From Camelus dromedarius (taxonomy: Eukaryota): 64,000 bases of DNA. Positions 1 to 14,143 of this stretch are shown piece after piece. Each line of letters begins with the position of its first letter. The stretch's first letter is position 1. The stretch is from assembly GCF_036321535.1 (NCBI RefSeq), contig NC_087437.1, positions 11,286,001 to 11,350,000 on the forward strand, read 5' to 3'. Under the pieces are notes generated by a model. That model did not search any database, was not told the DNA's origin, and saw nothing but the letters and a program-made list of their open reading frames with translations. The position numbers and the translations under genes are program-made.

Positions 1-20
1 AAAAAAAAAAAAAAAAAAAA

Positions 21-134
21 GGTGGGGGGGAAGGTAATTAGGTTCATTTATTTTTTTAATGGAGGTACCGGGGATTGAACCCAGGGCCTCGTGCATGCTA
101 GGCATGCGGTCTGCCACTGAGCTATAGCTTCCCT
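21..134 (-). mobile_element. Camelid tRNA-derived SINE (Vic-1-like)
   Basis: Reverse complement reads ...CTATAGCTCAGTGG (A box)...GGGTTCAATCCCC (B box)...CCTAATTACC tail. Confidence 0.85.
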
Positions 135-530
135 GCCTATCTTCACTTTTGAAAAAATATCAGGATGAGTCCACGGTTCTCACCACATGGATGCTGTGTG
201 GACAATTACACCATATTAAGGTGGATGGACAAGACATCTCATCTGTGACCTCTGTGCAAATGGAGTATTGCTGACTGTCCTGCAAGCATGACGGGGACAA
301 TTTAAGTGCTGTCCCTCACCCATCATCTGGATGCCTTGGGAGTCAGGAGTTGATGGGGAGGGTGGACTGGAAACCGCCCGGCCTTGGCTGGGAGTGGAGG
401 TCCCTGAGGATGCTGGTGCCCTCCCTCTGTCCACCTGGGCTCCTGCCTCCTTCCCTGCCTGGTCGATCTCCTGGAACCAACGTTTTCCCTAGTCAACACT
501 CCCTGAGTGTGAAGCCAAGGAAGAAGATTA

Positions 531-683
<153 letters not shown>

Positions 684-1549
684 CTACGTGAAAAAGAGAG
701 ACCCAAGACAACAGTTTCATATTTTCTAGAAATAAATGGCTCCAGCATTTTGTGTTTTCCCAACTGTGATGGATTGTTTTGGGCCCTGCCTGTGTTTGAG
801 CTCGGCACTCAACCTATTCAAGTACAGGGCAGTCAGCCCAAAGGGGATCTAAGGAATTCTAGGTCTAAGGTGAAGGCGATGTCAGAGGCTCCAGAGTCAG
901 CACCTTCTTGGCATTTATTCAAGGCTAATGGGAAAATCTAGTGTTTGCTTTTATGTTTTCTAAACGTTGAGTAATGCAAATAAATTCTATTATTTCACTT
1001 CATAGAGTGCCACAATTGTGTTGCTAATTAAGCTAGGAAGAGATTTGGTACACTTCATACTGGAGAATAAAAGCGGATACTGGTGATGCTCTATGTATTA
1101 ATAATTTAATCGTTTAGTATTTAAATGGATGCATTAACTGCCTGTAGAGATTTAGTGTCATTCTTGTTTTTGACTCAAGATGGCCATGACCAGCTCAGCT
1201 AGCTCTTGAAACAACAGTACTTGGGGAGTAGAAAATTCCAGAGTCTACCAAATGCTTCCCAGAGCTCAGCGCACTGGCGCTTTCATTTCCTAGCTCTGTT
1301 TTCCTGAGTATCCACAGACATGCGCCCTAGAGTTCCGTGGCTCTTCGTCTCTCAAGGCACGGGAATACGCCACCTGAGGATGCCATGCCATTCCAGGCTT
1401 CAGCGACTTGCATGACATCCTCAAGGCTGTGTCCTCTGAGAACCTTTCTGGGCACAATGCTTAAGTCTTAACTGCCCTAATGTCTTGTAGGACGGCGGAG
1501 AGCACTGACCGCGAGGGGTGCGCTGCAAGGTGCCACAGACCAGTCTGTC

Positions 1550-1705
1550 TCTCCTACAACCTTGTGAGGTAGGTACTCTTAATATCTCCATTGTGGGGAT
1601 TGAAAAACTAAGCCTTCACAGGTTAAATCACTTGCCCCAACTCACATGGGAAGTCCATGCTGGAACGCGACCTGGAACCCAGGAGGTGGACTCCAAATCG
1701 TACTT
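1550..1705 (-). mobile_element. MIR SINE
   Basis: caaccttgtgaggtaggtact...aggttaaatcacttgcccc...gaacccagg. Confidence 0.65.
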
Positions 1706-4700
1706 ACTCCGCTGCTTATAGGATAGAAACTGAGTCCAGTTTTACTGTATTATTTAAATATTTTAGATGAACATATTAGAAATAGGCCTCTCCCACCTAC
1801 CCTTCCAAAAAAACACACTGTTTCATATTTTAGTAGACCAGCAAGGCAAAACAAATGTTGGAGGATGCTGTCCACCAACGCTGAAAGGGACCTCTAGCTT
1901 TGTTGCATAAATGGGACTGAAATGCTGGTCGGTCTAGATGAAGCCCAAATGTTTCTCCTGTTTAACCTGCCTTGGCTTCGATTACGTGTGGATACCATGT
2001 GCACAGTCCTCGCTCAGACACAGGCGCTCTTCCTTATAGTGAAAAGATCAAAGGCAGGGTCTTATATTGGGCAAAGCAGAATAAAAGGGAAACGTGACAG
2101 CAGTAACTGAAACTAATGGACTTGGTTTTGGGGCATGTGTGCAAATCCCGTGCCATTTCTGTTGCTCAGAAGAACTGTGATACTACATTTGGCTTTGCAT
2201 CCTTAAACACCGAGTCCTTTAGTTTGAATGATGTTCATGTACTGCCATGAGATTCCCTAAAGCACATACGGGGAAAGCTGTTGACATGTTGGCAGTGTTT
2301 CCTAGGTGTTCAAGGAGGCCAATCCTGCCAAAGCTTGGCTGTCTTGGCCTGCACAGAGTGAGAAATGAACTTTCCGTGGACCTCCCTCCTCTACCCCTGT
2401 TCCCCTCCATCCATCCACTCTTCAAGGGTTATACTTGTCTTGAAAGACAGAAGAAACCCAGAGATTCTAGCAAGAAGACATATGTCACAGACAGGGAGGA
2501 GGCGGGGACAGGGTAGCATCCTCCTTCTGGAAGAGGCAACGTTTGCCTAGAGGTAGAAACACCAAAGTCCAGGGCCTCCAGTGAGCACGTTGACAGCTGC
2601 TATGAAGACGGAGAAATTATTACTTTGTCTAAAGTCAGGAGACCTTTTCTCCCTCATGCTCTGGCGCTGGCTCATGTTCTGGGGGCTGGAGCGTAGTGAG
2701 GGTCAGACAACACTAGGGAGAGAATGAGGTGATACACGGAGGTAAGGTTCATCTCTCCAGAAAAGATGCTCTGCGAACTCGCAGAAGAAATGAATTATTG
2801 GCTTATTTTGAAACCAGTGTTGTAGCAGCCCTGCTAGTTGTAGTGCTGTCTTTTCTGTGGCTTATCTTGGCTGACTTATCTCGGGCACTTCATGGACCAA
2901 ATCCCTTTTAAGATGTTGGCCTCCTCTAAGCCATAATAAAAGCATATTTTGACACATGATGAGGGACCACCTCATTTGAGTATATATTAAAGATGGTAGG
3001 TCCCTCAATTTTAAAAAATGACAAAAATTGACTTTTGGACGTGAACTCAGAGAGAAAATATTTCACACAGTCTACTTACAAAAAAAAAAACAAAAACAAA
3101 CAAAACACACACACACACAAAACCCCAAAACTTTCCAGAGGTGAGCTGACAAAAGAGAACTGAATAGGGACATGTATTTCATTGATGATTTGTCGGTGAG
3201 CGGAGGTTTGGCTTTTATAAATCAGCATCAGACATGTTTCCTTGCATTTTGAGAAGAATTGGATCCCTTTGTTAGTGGTCCAAAGTGATGCACTAATCAG
3301 GGCTACAAGAGGCGGTCACCTTCCTAGTTCATTATTTGGGCAACTGTTACAAAAGCTTGGAGCCTGTCTTTAAAAAATGGTTTATGGTAGGGCAGTGTCA
3401 ACATTCTTTCTACAAAAGATTCATAAAAACTGGCCCATCACAACTGACAAAGTACCTCCAAAAGATTTCCATCGTTTTCAGGGCAAACAGGGACAAAAAA
3501 GATTCTCACCCTACACAGTTGCAAGTCTGGGGTAGAAATACTTTTAAATTACAGGGTTGAATAAGGATGTGGAGCGTAACATTTTTCATCTTTGACCACT
3601 TTTGCAAACTGTGTTTCACTGGAAAACCTCTTTCGTCTTTTTCCAAGACATTGTCCTTACATTAAATGATCTGCATAACTGCCCTAGAGAGACCTTTTGA
3701 TTTCATGATTGGGGTAGTCCTGGGAACAGGATTCTGATCTGAGACAAAGGTACCTCGGCTGAGAACTCTAGCTTTCTGCTCCCTGATTTATTCTTTCAAG
3801 TAAACCTCATTGAATCAGGCCCCAAACATCCTTGGGAGAGGAGGCTGGTGGATTTCTTGACCATCATGAAGACATACGTGAGTCAGGGACACCGGCTAAT
3901 AGGCTTGATTCTCCTTTGTTTAAGTCAGTCACTAATAGGCATTAAGCCCTCTGTGAGGCACATGTGGTCTTTAGCGTTACTTTGGGAGCTGAGTTTTAAA
4001 TGGAATTTTCATTAGAGCCTCTCCTAGAATTCAAAATTTATCATTAAAAACTGATTTGAAAGAATCTCAATGCTGCATAATCAGGTAAGTTAAAGCCTTA
4101 TGAATTGGGGCTAATTTAGGGGGGAAAAAAGGCCCATTTGAATTCCTGAGCTTTTGGAATGAGAGAATGTATCAAAAATCATGCAGTTTTATTACTTTCA
4201 AATCAAGCCAATAAAATTGTGCTTTCAAGAGACAGTCTGCAAGTGTCTTAATTAATAAACAGGTGCAACTTATTTGTAATTAATTCCATTAAGCCCCTTA
4301 AGACATTATTTTCATAGACGTAAAAGCAACCTTTAGCCCAATCTTTGTTAAAAGATTACAAACTCTAGATCGAAGGGGTCTGGATGAATGAAAACACACT
4401 ACACCACATTCCAAAAAATAGTTGCCTTAGGACCTTAAAATTGACCTCTTTCCAATGGGTATATCATCTGTACACTTTAGCCGGCGGAGCATTTCCTAAT
4501 TTCATGACAGAAAGTAGGGAATTTGCATGGAAAAACTTCCACTAGGGAAATGAGACAGACCAGCATGAAACCGAGCTAACATGTTGAGTTTTGGGGTTTG
4601 GGGTCAAAAGTTAGGAGAAAAGGCGGGTAGTTGGAGGAAGGAAAGGAGAAGAGAAGGTGTGAGGTGGGTGACAGAGGAGGGCAGACTGAATTGTTTTATA

Positions 4701-5501
4701 AATCTGAATACAATTTGTGCTCTAGGGTATGCATCTTGTGATAATTTAGTTTAAAATATAAAAGGCAAATAAAATGTTTTACACAAAAAAATTGAAGTCT
4801 TCTCTGACTTACTACCCTTTTTTTAAAACATTAGCTGAACGCTGAGTATAGCATTCCTCGGGTTAAGCTTTGTTTACCTTTATGGTAGACTTTATTTTCT
4901 AGGCTAGATTGTTGGACCAAAGGATGTTTGCTAGAGACTCATCTTGCCCTTGACAATGAAGATGTCAGCAGGCGAGCTGAAGTTCACATTCAGGAAGCAC
5001 TCTGACTGTGGCTCGGGGGTGGGTACTTGTCAAGTGTCTCCGGAAGGTGGGTCTGCAGAGCATGTAATTAGCTGAAGGATGACGGGAAATTACTTACTGG
5101 CTGCAGGCTGTACACAAAGCCAGTTTGGATAATTTCAGAACATAATTGAATCTAAGTAGCCTCAAAGATATATTCCCTAATGGAACCCTTAAAAGCGAGC
5201 ATATTCACTCAGATTAACACGGGCAGAGCCCCCTGTCTCCTCAAACGCTGGAGATAAAACAGGGGGAGAGATGGCTGTTTCTGGGACAATAACATGTTCT
5301 AACATATCTATGCACTTTTTAACTCAAAGTGAGAATTGTATTAATTTCTTTTCATTTGATCAGTTTTCTCCCTGTCTAAACAACCAGATGTCACACTCTC
5401 ACAAAATTTCATTTAGTTGTTTTCGACTTGGGGAAAAACCAAAAATAAATTCAGTTCTTGAACATGCCAAAAAACGAAGAGGACAACCAGACACCTGATC
5501 A

Positions 5502-5882
<381 letters not shown>

Positions 5883-7479
5883 TCATTTAGTTTTAAATAT
5901 AAGAGGTATTTCAGAAGTCCTTCCCTGACTTAATACACTTCCTCAGTATCTTATGTTTCTCTAGGATCTTCTCTCACACCTACAGAGTTCCTAGTAGGCT
6001 CAGGATTTCTGAATGCCTTAGAAATAGGTGTGCTCACTCTTGCTGTGCAGGTGGGAACAGGCCCGGAGACTGGTGGAGCCAGTGGGGGCAGCAGAGAGGC
6101 CGGGATTTGAGACACCTGGGGTGCTCTGGATCCTGGATAAGTCTCTTTCAAAGGCGTATTTCTGAATTTGTTCTTAGGAGACTTGATCCACTTTGGAATC
6201 AGTAAATTCAGAAAACTTTACAGCTGGAAAGGCCCCCGGGAGAGCAAGGACTTCTGAGGTGCACTGACCCTCAGGGATTTGGCTCACACTAGAAATTAGC
6301 AGCAGAAGCTAAACCCAGATCTCCTGACTTCTATCCCTGCAGCGTAAGTTATGGTGGTCTTTCTCTACAAATAGACAGTTAGCTTCAAGTAGAATGAATA
6401 AGTCCATGAAAAAAGAAAAGTTTCGGCAAGCTTGTGATATTATGATAACACAAAACAACAGCCCCGAGTAGTGTGAAATAATACCGGTTCCATTTATTAA
6501 GAGAAAAAGGAAACCCAACCATGGTAACTCTCTGTATTAGTGTACTGTTAGTTTATTAGTTTCAATTCCCTGACCCAGGAAACAAAGTTTAAAAACACAA
6601 ACAGAAACTGTCTGCTGCCCCGCTGTCTTTGCCTCCTCCCTCTCCCTTCGACATCACGTCCAAACACAAGAGACTGATTCCGAAGGGCAAGTTCAGTTTC
6701 ACAGGTATCCACAGTTTACCATAGAAGCCCAGAGCTTTAGATAAGACCGAAAAATCAAAGCAAGGCCTGATTTGTTGGAATGTGGACAGGGAGAGGCTGA
6801 GAAAACAAAACCATTCTTTCTCCTGATGGTGGTCTTTACGAAGTTCTTTGACTCAGGAAACCCTTGCTGGTTTCAAAAAAGATTAGCCAGGCTGAGATGA
6901 CGGATGAGTTGCTATATGTTTTACCATGACATTTCCATAGATCTTTCATTAAACTAGGTCACAGAGGGCTTACTTTTCAGGAAAAAAGTCATTAAGAAAA
7001 CAGAAGAAAAATGAATCCTCTTCACAAGGACTTTGCTCAGACTCTATTTTAGAAAAATGTCCCTTTTGGGAGGGAGGCAAACGAGATCAAAGTGAGATTT
7101 GGAATGCACAGGATTATCTTTTTAAATATCACAGCTTTTCTTAGTTTACTTTTGCATCATGCAAACCATGAGTCACCTGTTGAGTGCACTTCAAGGGTTT
7201 CAAGACTCTCATCAGACATTTTTAAAAAGAGAATTCTGAGAGGGATGTGGGCAGAGAAAAAGGGGTTGGAATGATTTGTGTGTTCATCCAATCACTCATC
7301 TTCTCATGAGTTTAGAAAACATTTACTTAGAATCTACTGTGTGCTCAGTGCTGTGCTTCGTACTGAGAATACAAAAACAAATAAGACCTGGTTTCTTTCT
7401 TTGGGAAACATATGTGTACATAACTAAGTTCTGTATTTCAGTGAGAGAAAAAAAGGTGAAGATGAAGGAAAGAACATGG

Positions 7480-8445
7480 AAAGATGCTCAACACCGTTGC
7501 AAGGAAATGCAAACCAGGATCACACCAAGATACCACTGACCATCCTTCTAGGAATGGCTATAATAAAAATGACACACAATAACAAATGTTGGTGAGGATA
7601 TGGAAGAACTGGAACACTCATATATTGCTGGTAGGAATGCAAAATGTGCTTTGGAAAACAGTTTAGCAGTTCCTCAAAAGGTTAAACATAAAGTGATATA
7701 TGATTGAGCAATTTGACTCCGAGATATAGACCTAAGAAAACTGAAAACGTGTCTGTACAAAAACTTGTATGTGAATGGTCAGAGCAGCATTACTCATAAT
7801 GTTCAAAAGGTAGAAATAACCCAAATGTCCATCAAATGATGAATGGGTAAATAAAATGTGGTATATTTGTACAATGGAATATTATTCAGCCATGAAAAGG
7901 AATGACATACTGTTATATGCTACGAGATAGATGAACCCTGGCGGAGGAGTGTATAACTCAGGGGTAGAGAATGTGCTTGGCATGCATGAGGTCCTGGGTT
8001 CAATCCCCAGCACCTCCGTTAAGAAAAAATTTAATCACCTCCCTCTCCAAACAAAAACAAACAAGAACAAAAAGATAGATGAACCTTGGAAACATGCAAT
8101 GAAAGAAGCCAGAAACAAAAGGCTACATATTACATACTTCCATTTGTATGAAACATCTAGAATAGGAAAATCCACAGAGACAGAAATGAGATCAGTGGCT
8201 GCCAAGGCCTGGAGAGAGGGGAGAATGTGTGTGGGGGTGACTATTAAAGGGTACAAAATTATTTTCAGGGTAATGAAAATATCCTGGGATCACACAGTGT
8301 TAATGGTTTACAACTGTGGATATACTAAAAACCATTGAGTGAAAAATCACTGTTTTGTATGAACACATTTTGTCCACTTTAAATGTGGGAATTTTATGGT
8401 ATGTGAAATATGCCTAAATAAAGCTCTTATTAAGAAACAAAAAAA
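7480..8445 (+). mobile_element. Old L1 (L1MB-like) ORF2 end and 3' UTR, interrupted by a SINE
   Basis: Decayed L1 motifs: aacaaatgttggtgaggat, cccaaatgtccatcaaatgatgaatgg, caatggaatattattcagcc. Ends aataaagct...A-rich. Confidence 0.85.
7942..8072 (+). mobile_element. Vic-1-like SINE nested in old L1
   Basis: A/B boxes and A-rich tail. TSD AGATAGATGAACC(C/T)TGG at 7925-7941 and 8073-8089. Confidence 0.9.
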
Positions 8446-9097
8446 TGAGGAACTATAAGAGGATGGTTCCCTTCAACACACATATATGTGGGTAGACTAT
8501 GTGCCAAGGATCTAAAGACAACAAAGTTTTAATTTCTGGGGAAGCGCTTGGTGTTTTGGGGGAAAACAGATAATAATAGATCGTCTGCCTATAATGTGGT
8601 AGGCACTGGGACAGGGTATGTCCAAATCCCAAGGGGGAAGCTCTTTGAGAAGCCTTCTTGCCCCAGTCTAGGCTGGCTGCTCCTTTATCATCTACATCAT
8701 AGCAACCTTTGAGCTTTTTCCTTCCTTACACCCCGATCTCTGATTCTCTCTAGGTTTTACAGTTCCAGCCAGAGGACAGGGATCATATTATCCGTGCTGA
8801 AGCCCCAGTGTTTAGCACCTGCTTCCTCTGACGGATGGCACCACAGTTTCTCAAGATCTCTGCTATCAGTTAATGGTGAAGAATGCAAGGAAGGAGAGTT
8901 ACATCTGGAACCTGCAGGTGGCCAGACTTGAAGTCTGGAGGTCTGCCTGAGGAGGTGAAGATCTTGGCAAGGGTTTCTGAAAGAGGGGATAATGCAAACA
9001 CATGGGCCCCAACTTCTGGCCTAATGAGAACTGCATTTAAAAGTTTGAATTTGGGGCCAGAAACCAAGATTCCACCCAAATTAAGACTAAGACATCC

Positions 9098-9691
9098 CCA
9101 AAGTTCATAGCAGCAGTATATACAATAGCCAAGACATAGAAGCAAGCTAAATGCCCATTGACAGATGACTGGATAAAGAACCTGTGGTATATTTGTACAA
9201 TAGAATACTACTCAGTGTTAAAAAAAAAAGTGATAAAATAATGCCATTTGCAGCAACATGGATAGGCCTGGAGATAGTCATTCTAAGTGAAGTAAGCCAG
9301 ACAGAAAGAAAAATGCCATATGATATCACTTATATGTGGAATCTAAAAAAAAAAAAAAAAAAAAAAGAAGAGGACATTAATGAACTCATCTACAAAACAG
9401 AAACAAATGTGTAGACATAGTAAACAATCTTATGGTTACTGGGGGAAGTGGGTGGGAAGGAATAAATTTGGAAGTTTGAGATTTGCAAACATTAAACACT
9501 ATATATAAAAATAGATTAAAAAACAATTTTCTTCTGTATAGCACAGGGAGCTATGTTCAATATCTTGTAATAAGCTTTAATAAAAAGAATATGAAAACGA
9601 ATATATGTATGTATATGCGTGACTGGGACATTGTGCTGTGCACCAGAAATTGACACATTGTAACTGACTGTACTTCAATAATAATAAAAAA
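9098..9691 (+). mobile_element. 5'-truncated lineage-specific L1 3' end
   Basis: ORF2 C-terminal remnant (IMPFAATWIGLEIVILSEVSQ). Perfect 15-bp TSD AAGACTAAGACATCC at 9083-9097 and 9692-9706. Confidence 0.92.
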
Positions 9692-10577
9692 AAGACTAAG
9701 ACATCCAGATTCAAGCTCATGTAAGACTTAGTGATCTGGGCAGAAATGAAAATCACTATGTTGGGGCCAGTTTGGTTAAGGTGCCATCACCAAAAGAAGA
9801 GATGTGAAGTCTGAATTTTATACAATTTGCTCACTTCTCTACTTTGGGCTATGGAAACCACTGTTCATTACACTCGAAAAGAGTTTTGGTTGCTGGTTAG
9901 GTTCCTCTTTACGTGATCATAAACCCGAAATCTCAAGGTTGTATACCACTGTCTTCTATGTAACTGACGGTGCTGTGACTCAAATTTAATGAGAAATACT
10001 AACAAAAGCTACAGGAAAACTCACCAGGCATTAATTTATTCCAAATACGATTTTGGGGAGTCCATCCATAAGAAGAAACAACATAAAAATTCCACGAGGG
10101 CTATGTGTCCAGAGAACTAACTAGTTATCAAGGGTGTAGAATTGGGGCGAGAGTCATAATGAAAATGGTCAGAAATATTCTGGATCTAACTAACATTTAC
10201 CAATGAACTTCCAAGGTCAGTTGTTAAGAATCAAAAACAATGTGTATATTAGTCCCTTACAAAGTCCATATTTTTAAAAATAAAAAATGACATAAGGAAT
10301 AGGATTCATTGTAGAAAAACTGAAAGACATAAATTAGCAAAAACCAAATTTACCTATCAACTTTCTACCACAGAGATAGGAAGCAGCATTTTGATGTTTC
10401 CACATCTTAGATTAGTATGGTTGTGTGTGCACATGTGCTCATGTGCGTATTGAAACACAAACTTACGAAACACGAAGGAACTTTTAAATAACAAAGTGAC
10501 CCAATTACTAAAACATGCACCTTCCTGGTAAAGGCAGATGGAGACTATGTCTTCATGTTGTTGGGAAAGCTACATCT

Positions 10578-11475
10578 TTTTTTCAAATTAAATTTTTTAT
10601 TGACGTATAGTTGATGTATAATATTATATAAGTTACAGGTATACAATACAGTGATTAACAATTTTTAAAGGCTATATTCCATTCATAGTTATTATAAAAT
10701 ATTGGCTATATATTCTCCACATTGTACAATATATCCTGGTAGCTTACTTTATATCTAATAATTTGTTCCTTTTATTCTCCTGTTCCTATGTTTGCCCCTC
10801 CCCTTTCCCTTTCCCCACTGGTAACCACTGGTTTGTTCTCTGTACTTGTGAGTCTGCTTTTTTTTGGTTATATTCATAAGTTTGTTGTATTTTTTAAGGT
10901 TCCACATATAAGTGATCTCATCCAGTGTTTGTCTTTCTCTCCCTGACTTATTTCACTTGGCATAATGCCCTCCCAGTCCATTCATGTTGTTGCAAATGGC
11001 AAAATTTCATTCTTTTTTATTGCTGAGTAATAGTCCATTGGTACACACACCACGTCTTCTTTACCACTCATCTGTTGATGGACACTTAGGTTGCTTCCAT
11101 ATTTTGGCTGTTGTAAATAATGTTTCTATGAACATTGGGGTGCATGTATCTTTTAAAATCAGTGTTTTTGTTTTTTTCAGATATATACCCAAGAGTGGAA
11201 TTTCTGCATCATATGGTAGCTTTATTTTTAGTTTTTTGAGAAACCTCCATACTGTTTTCCACAGTAGCTGCACTAATTTGCATTCCCACCAACAGTGAAC
11301 CAGGGCTCCTTTTTCCCCACATCCTCACCAGCACTTGTTATTTGTGTGTTTTTTTTTTTTTGATGATAGTCATTTTAACAGGTGTTAGGTGATATCTCAT
11401 TGCAGTTTTGATTTGCATTTCCCTGATGATTAATGCTGTTGAGCATCTTTCTTGTGCCTCTTGGCCACCTGCATA
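10578..11475 (-). mobile_element. 5'-truncated L1
   Basis: ORF 11061..11273(-) is L1 ORF2 C-terminus ([19 protein letters not shown]...). TSD GGAAAGCT(A/G)CATCT at 10564-10577 and 11476-11489. Confidence 0.92.
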
Positions 11476-11700
11476 GGAAAGCTGCATCTCGACCTATGTG
11501 TGATAGTCCCAGCATGATGTATTTTCCCCAGCTTTCATCTTTGCAGATACATTTTTTTTAGGCTAATAAACTATGCTGTCATTTTATCAAGCATATTATA
11601 ATGATAGCAAACTCTGTCTGTTGGTCCAACAAAGGACTTGGAAATTTTTTTTAGTTGACACTTGGCAATGTCTGATTAATTGCTAAGTATTATTTTGCAC

Positions 11701-11743
11701 GTGAAATAGGTCAACACGTTATGTAAAATAGGTCAACATGTTA
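11701..11743 (+). repeat. 22-bp tandem duplication
   Basis: gtgaaataggtcaacacgttat / gtaaaataggtcaacatgttaa. Confidence 0.85.
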
Positions 11744-11774
11744 AAATATTACTAACATTATTTTTTTACCTTTT

Positions 11775-12080
11775 TTTGCTAGGAGCTTAATTACGATATA
11801 ATTCATATCATACAAGTCAATGTTTTTTGATGTATTCAGAGGGTTGTGAAATCATCACCACACGCAATTTCAGGACATTTTCATCAACCCCAAAAGAAAC
11901 CTTTGGAAGTCACTCCCTATGCCTTCTGTCCCTTCCACTCTTTCTGCTCTAAGCAAGCACTAATCTACTTTCTGTTTCTACAGATTTGCCCATTCTCGGA
12001 TGGAATTATACAATATGTATTCTTTTGTGACTGGCTTTTCACTTAGCATAATGTTTTCAATGTTGATCCGTGATGTAGCT
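11775..12080 (-). mobile_element. Old L1M 3' UTR fragment
   Basis: Motifs cactaatctactttctgtttcta, ctggcttttcacttagcataatgttttcaa. Confidence 0.7.
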
Positions 12081-13004
12081 AACATTAATTTAAAAAAAAA
12101 AAACGTGATTCTCAGAGGGACTTGGTATGTGGAAGGGGAAAGTTGTGTACATTTGCGCTAGGAATCACACAACAGGCCGTAAGCTTGGCTTCTTGGTTTG
12201 CGCTGAATGCAATTCACTTGGTTTCCCACGAATGGGTAAAATCAGAAGGCTGGCTAGTTTAACTCTTCTGAGTGAATTATGAGAGCATCTCAGGTCCTAG
12301 GAGAAGAAACACTGGCACCGCTTGTCACCTCGGCAGACATGGTCCTCGGGCCTAGAATATACGGCAGATCGATCTTGATGGCTGCTGTAAAGTGGAAGGA
12401 GCAGCCCAGGCGGGTGGTCCGGGGGCAGGGAGCGGAGCTGCACTCAGAGACCATTTCCCACCTGGCTAATCTTACCGTCCGTGTAAGACCACGAGTCTCA
12501 CACAACCTGTCCCGGAATCTAGAAGGAGCAGTGGTTACCACTGGTGGTGGGAAATGCTTTGGGCAGTTAAGAGAGGTGCTGATTCACGGTGTGGAACTAT
12601 CAGCTTAGACTCAGCAAAAAACCCTGAGTGGTTTGGGTCAGGTGATCGGATGAGAATATAGTCTCACAGCCCTAAGGAGGCTAGACCATTAGCATGTTTA
12701 GTTATCCTTCCAATTTTATGTGGCACGTCCTCAGCTCATCCCACAGCTCAGGCCCTTCTGATTTAAGTCCCCCCTGTCCCCCACTGGCACCTTCTTCCTG
12801 ATGTCATTTCTTTATATACTTAAAAAATCTTAAACAACTCATCTCTTAGCCTTTTCTCAAGATACAAATCATGATTCTTTTTACTTTTAATTCTTGGTAT
12901 TAGATACCAAGTCTTCCATCAGTTAATATTTAGCCTTCTAATAAATACTATTTTCATCCATCCATCCATTTGTTTAACAACCATGTATGACCTACTGTAT
13001 AAGA

Positions 13005-14143
13005 CACGGGGTTCAAACTCAAAGCAGCATTAACTTTAAAGGCATTCTTTCATGCACCTGCGAATCTCCAGCAGAGCTGCCCAGAGGCTCCCATTCATGA
13101 AATCTTTCCTCAGAACAGCACCGTCTTTCTGCTCCCTGCCGTGTCCTCACTGAGCATCTCTGGTTTACACCTTGCCCTCTGGCTGGCTGGGGGGTGAATA
13201 CACCCAAGTCCCAAGCCTTCAAACTCTAGAGCCCTGAGGGGCTGGAGGGAAAAGGAGGCGGAAGGAGAACCTGGTCAGAGGTGTTGACCCAGAAGAGGAG
13301 AGACAATGTGATGACAAGGAACTCTGGGTTTCTTGGGGCAGAAAATGGGGCAAAGCAAGTTTTAGGTTATTTCTTCTCACTCAAGAATTCCTGAAATTAA
13401 AATATATGATTTTTAGGGCTAGGCTTGGGCATAACACAGGTTCACACACAGGAAGTCCCTTACTAACCTTGCTTCTCCCTGTCCCGATAGACTCTGACCC
13501 AGAGGAGCTGACGTAACCTTTCAATCTACAATTAGAGGTAAAACATTTGAAGATGCAAATTACTAGGAAAGGGAAAAGACCGGCATGGTGAGTCAGTCAA
13601 AATTTTAATCAAAAGGCCACACACACAGTCTGCAGTGTTTAGCTATCAGAGTGTTTAAAAATCTGAGCCAATTTTTAAAACCAGGATTTCATATAAAACC
13701 CAGATTTCTTGCCTCGTGTGAAAAGAAATGGGAAGATCTGGCAATACTGAGCCCAGATTCTCACAGGGCGACAATCAACTGGACTGACAAGGGAGGCCAC
13801 CTCTTAGTAAAGAGACCTGCTTCTTACACCAGCACCACGCCCTGGGGGGCCCCAACTCTGAGCCCAGAGGTCAGTTGCCCTTTACATTAATTCTTGCATT
13901 GTCTCTTTACACGTAAAGAAATATTTCACAGAATTTTTATCTTTGTCAAAAGGGGGGAGGCAAAAGTGATTCAAAGAAAAATGAAATAATGTATTTCTTT
14001 TTGGAGGTGAAAATTCTTACAACATATAAACAATGTGTGATGGTTGACAGATTTAATCAAGTGGTCCTTACAAAACAACTGTGCCTCTCTCGTATTCATG
14101 TCAGCTCTCTGGTGCTTGTAAGCACTGGAGTTTCAGACCTCTG
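13005..14143. mobile_element. hAT-Charlie element (MER102-related)
   Basis: Imperfect TIRs CACGGGGTTCAAACTC (13005-13020) and GAGTTTCAGACCTCTG (14128-14143). MER102-like core ggatttcatataaaacccagatttc...gaagatctggcaatactg at about 13684-13755. The left boundary is uncertain. Confidence 0.5.

Noticed and set aside
11061..11273. Protein-like ORFs at 11061..11273, 17152..17397, 9184..9414 and 41125..41370
   Set aside because: C-terminal remnants of L1 ORF2 in 5'-truncated, non-autonomous copies, not host genes.
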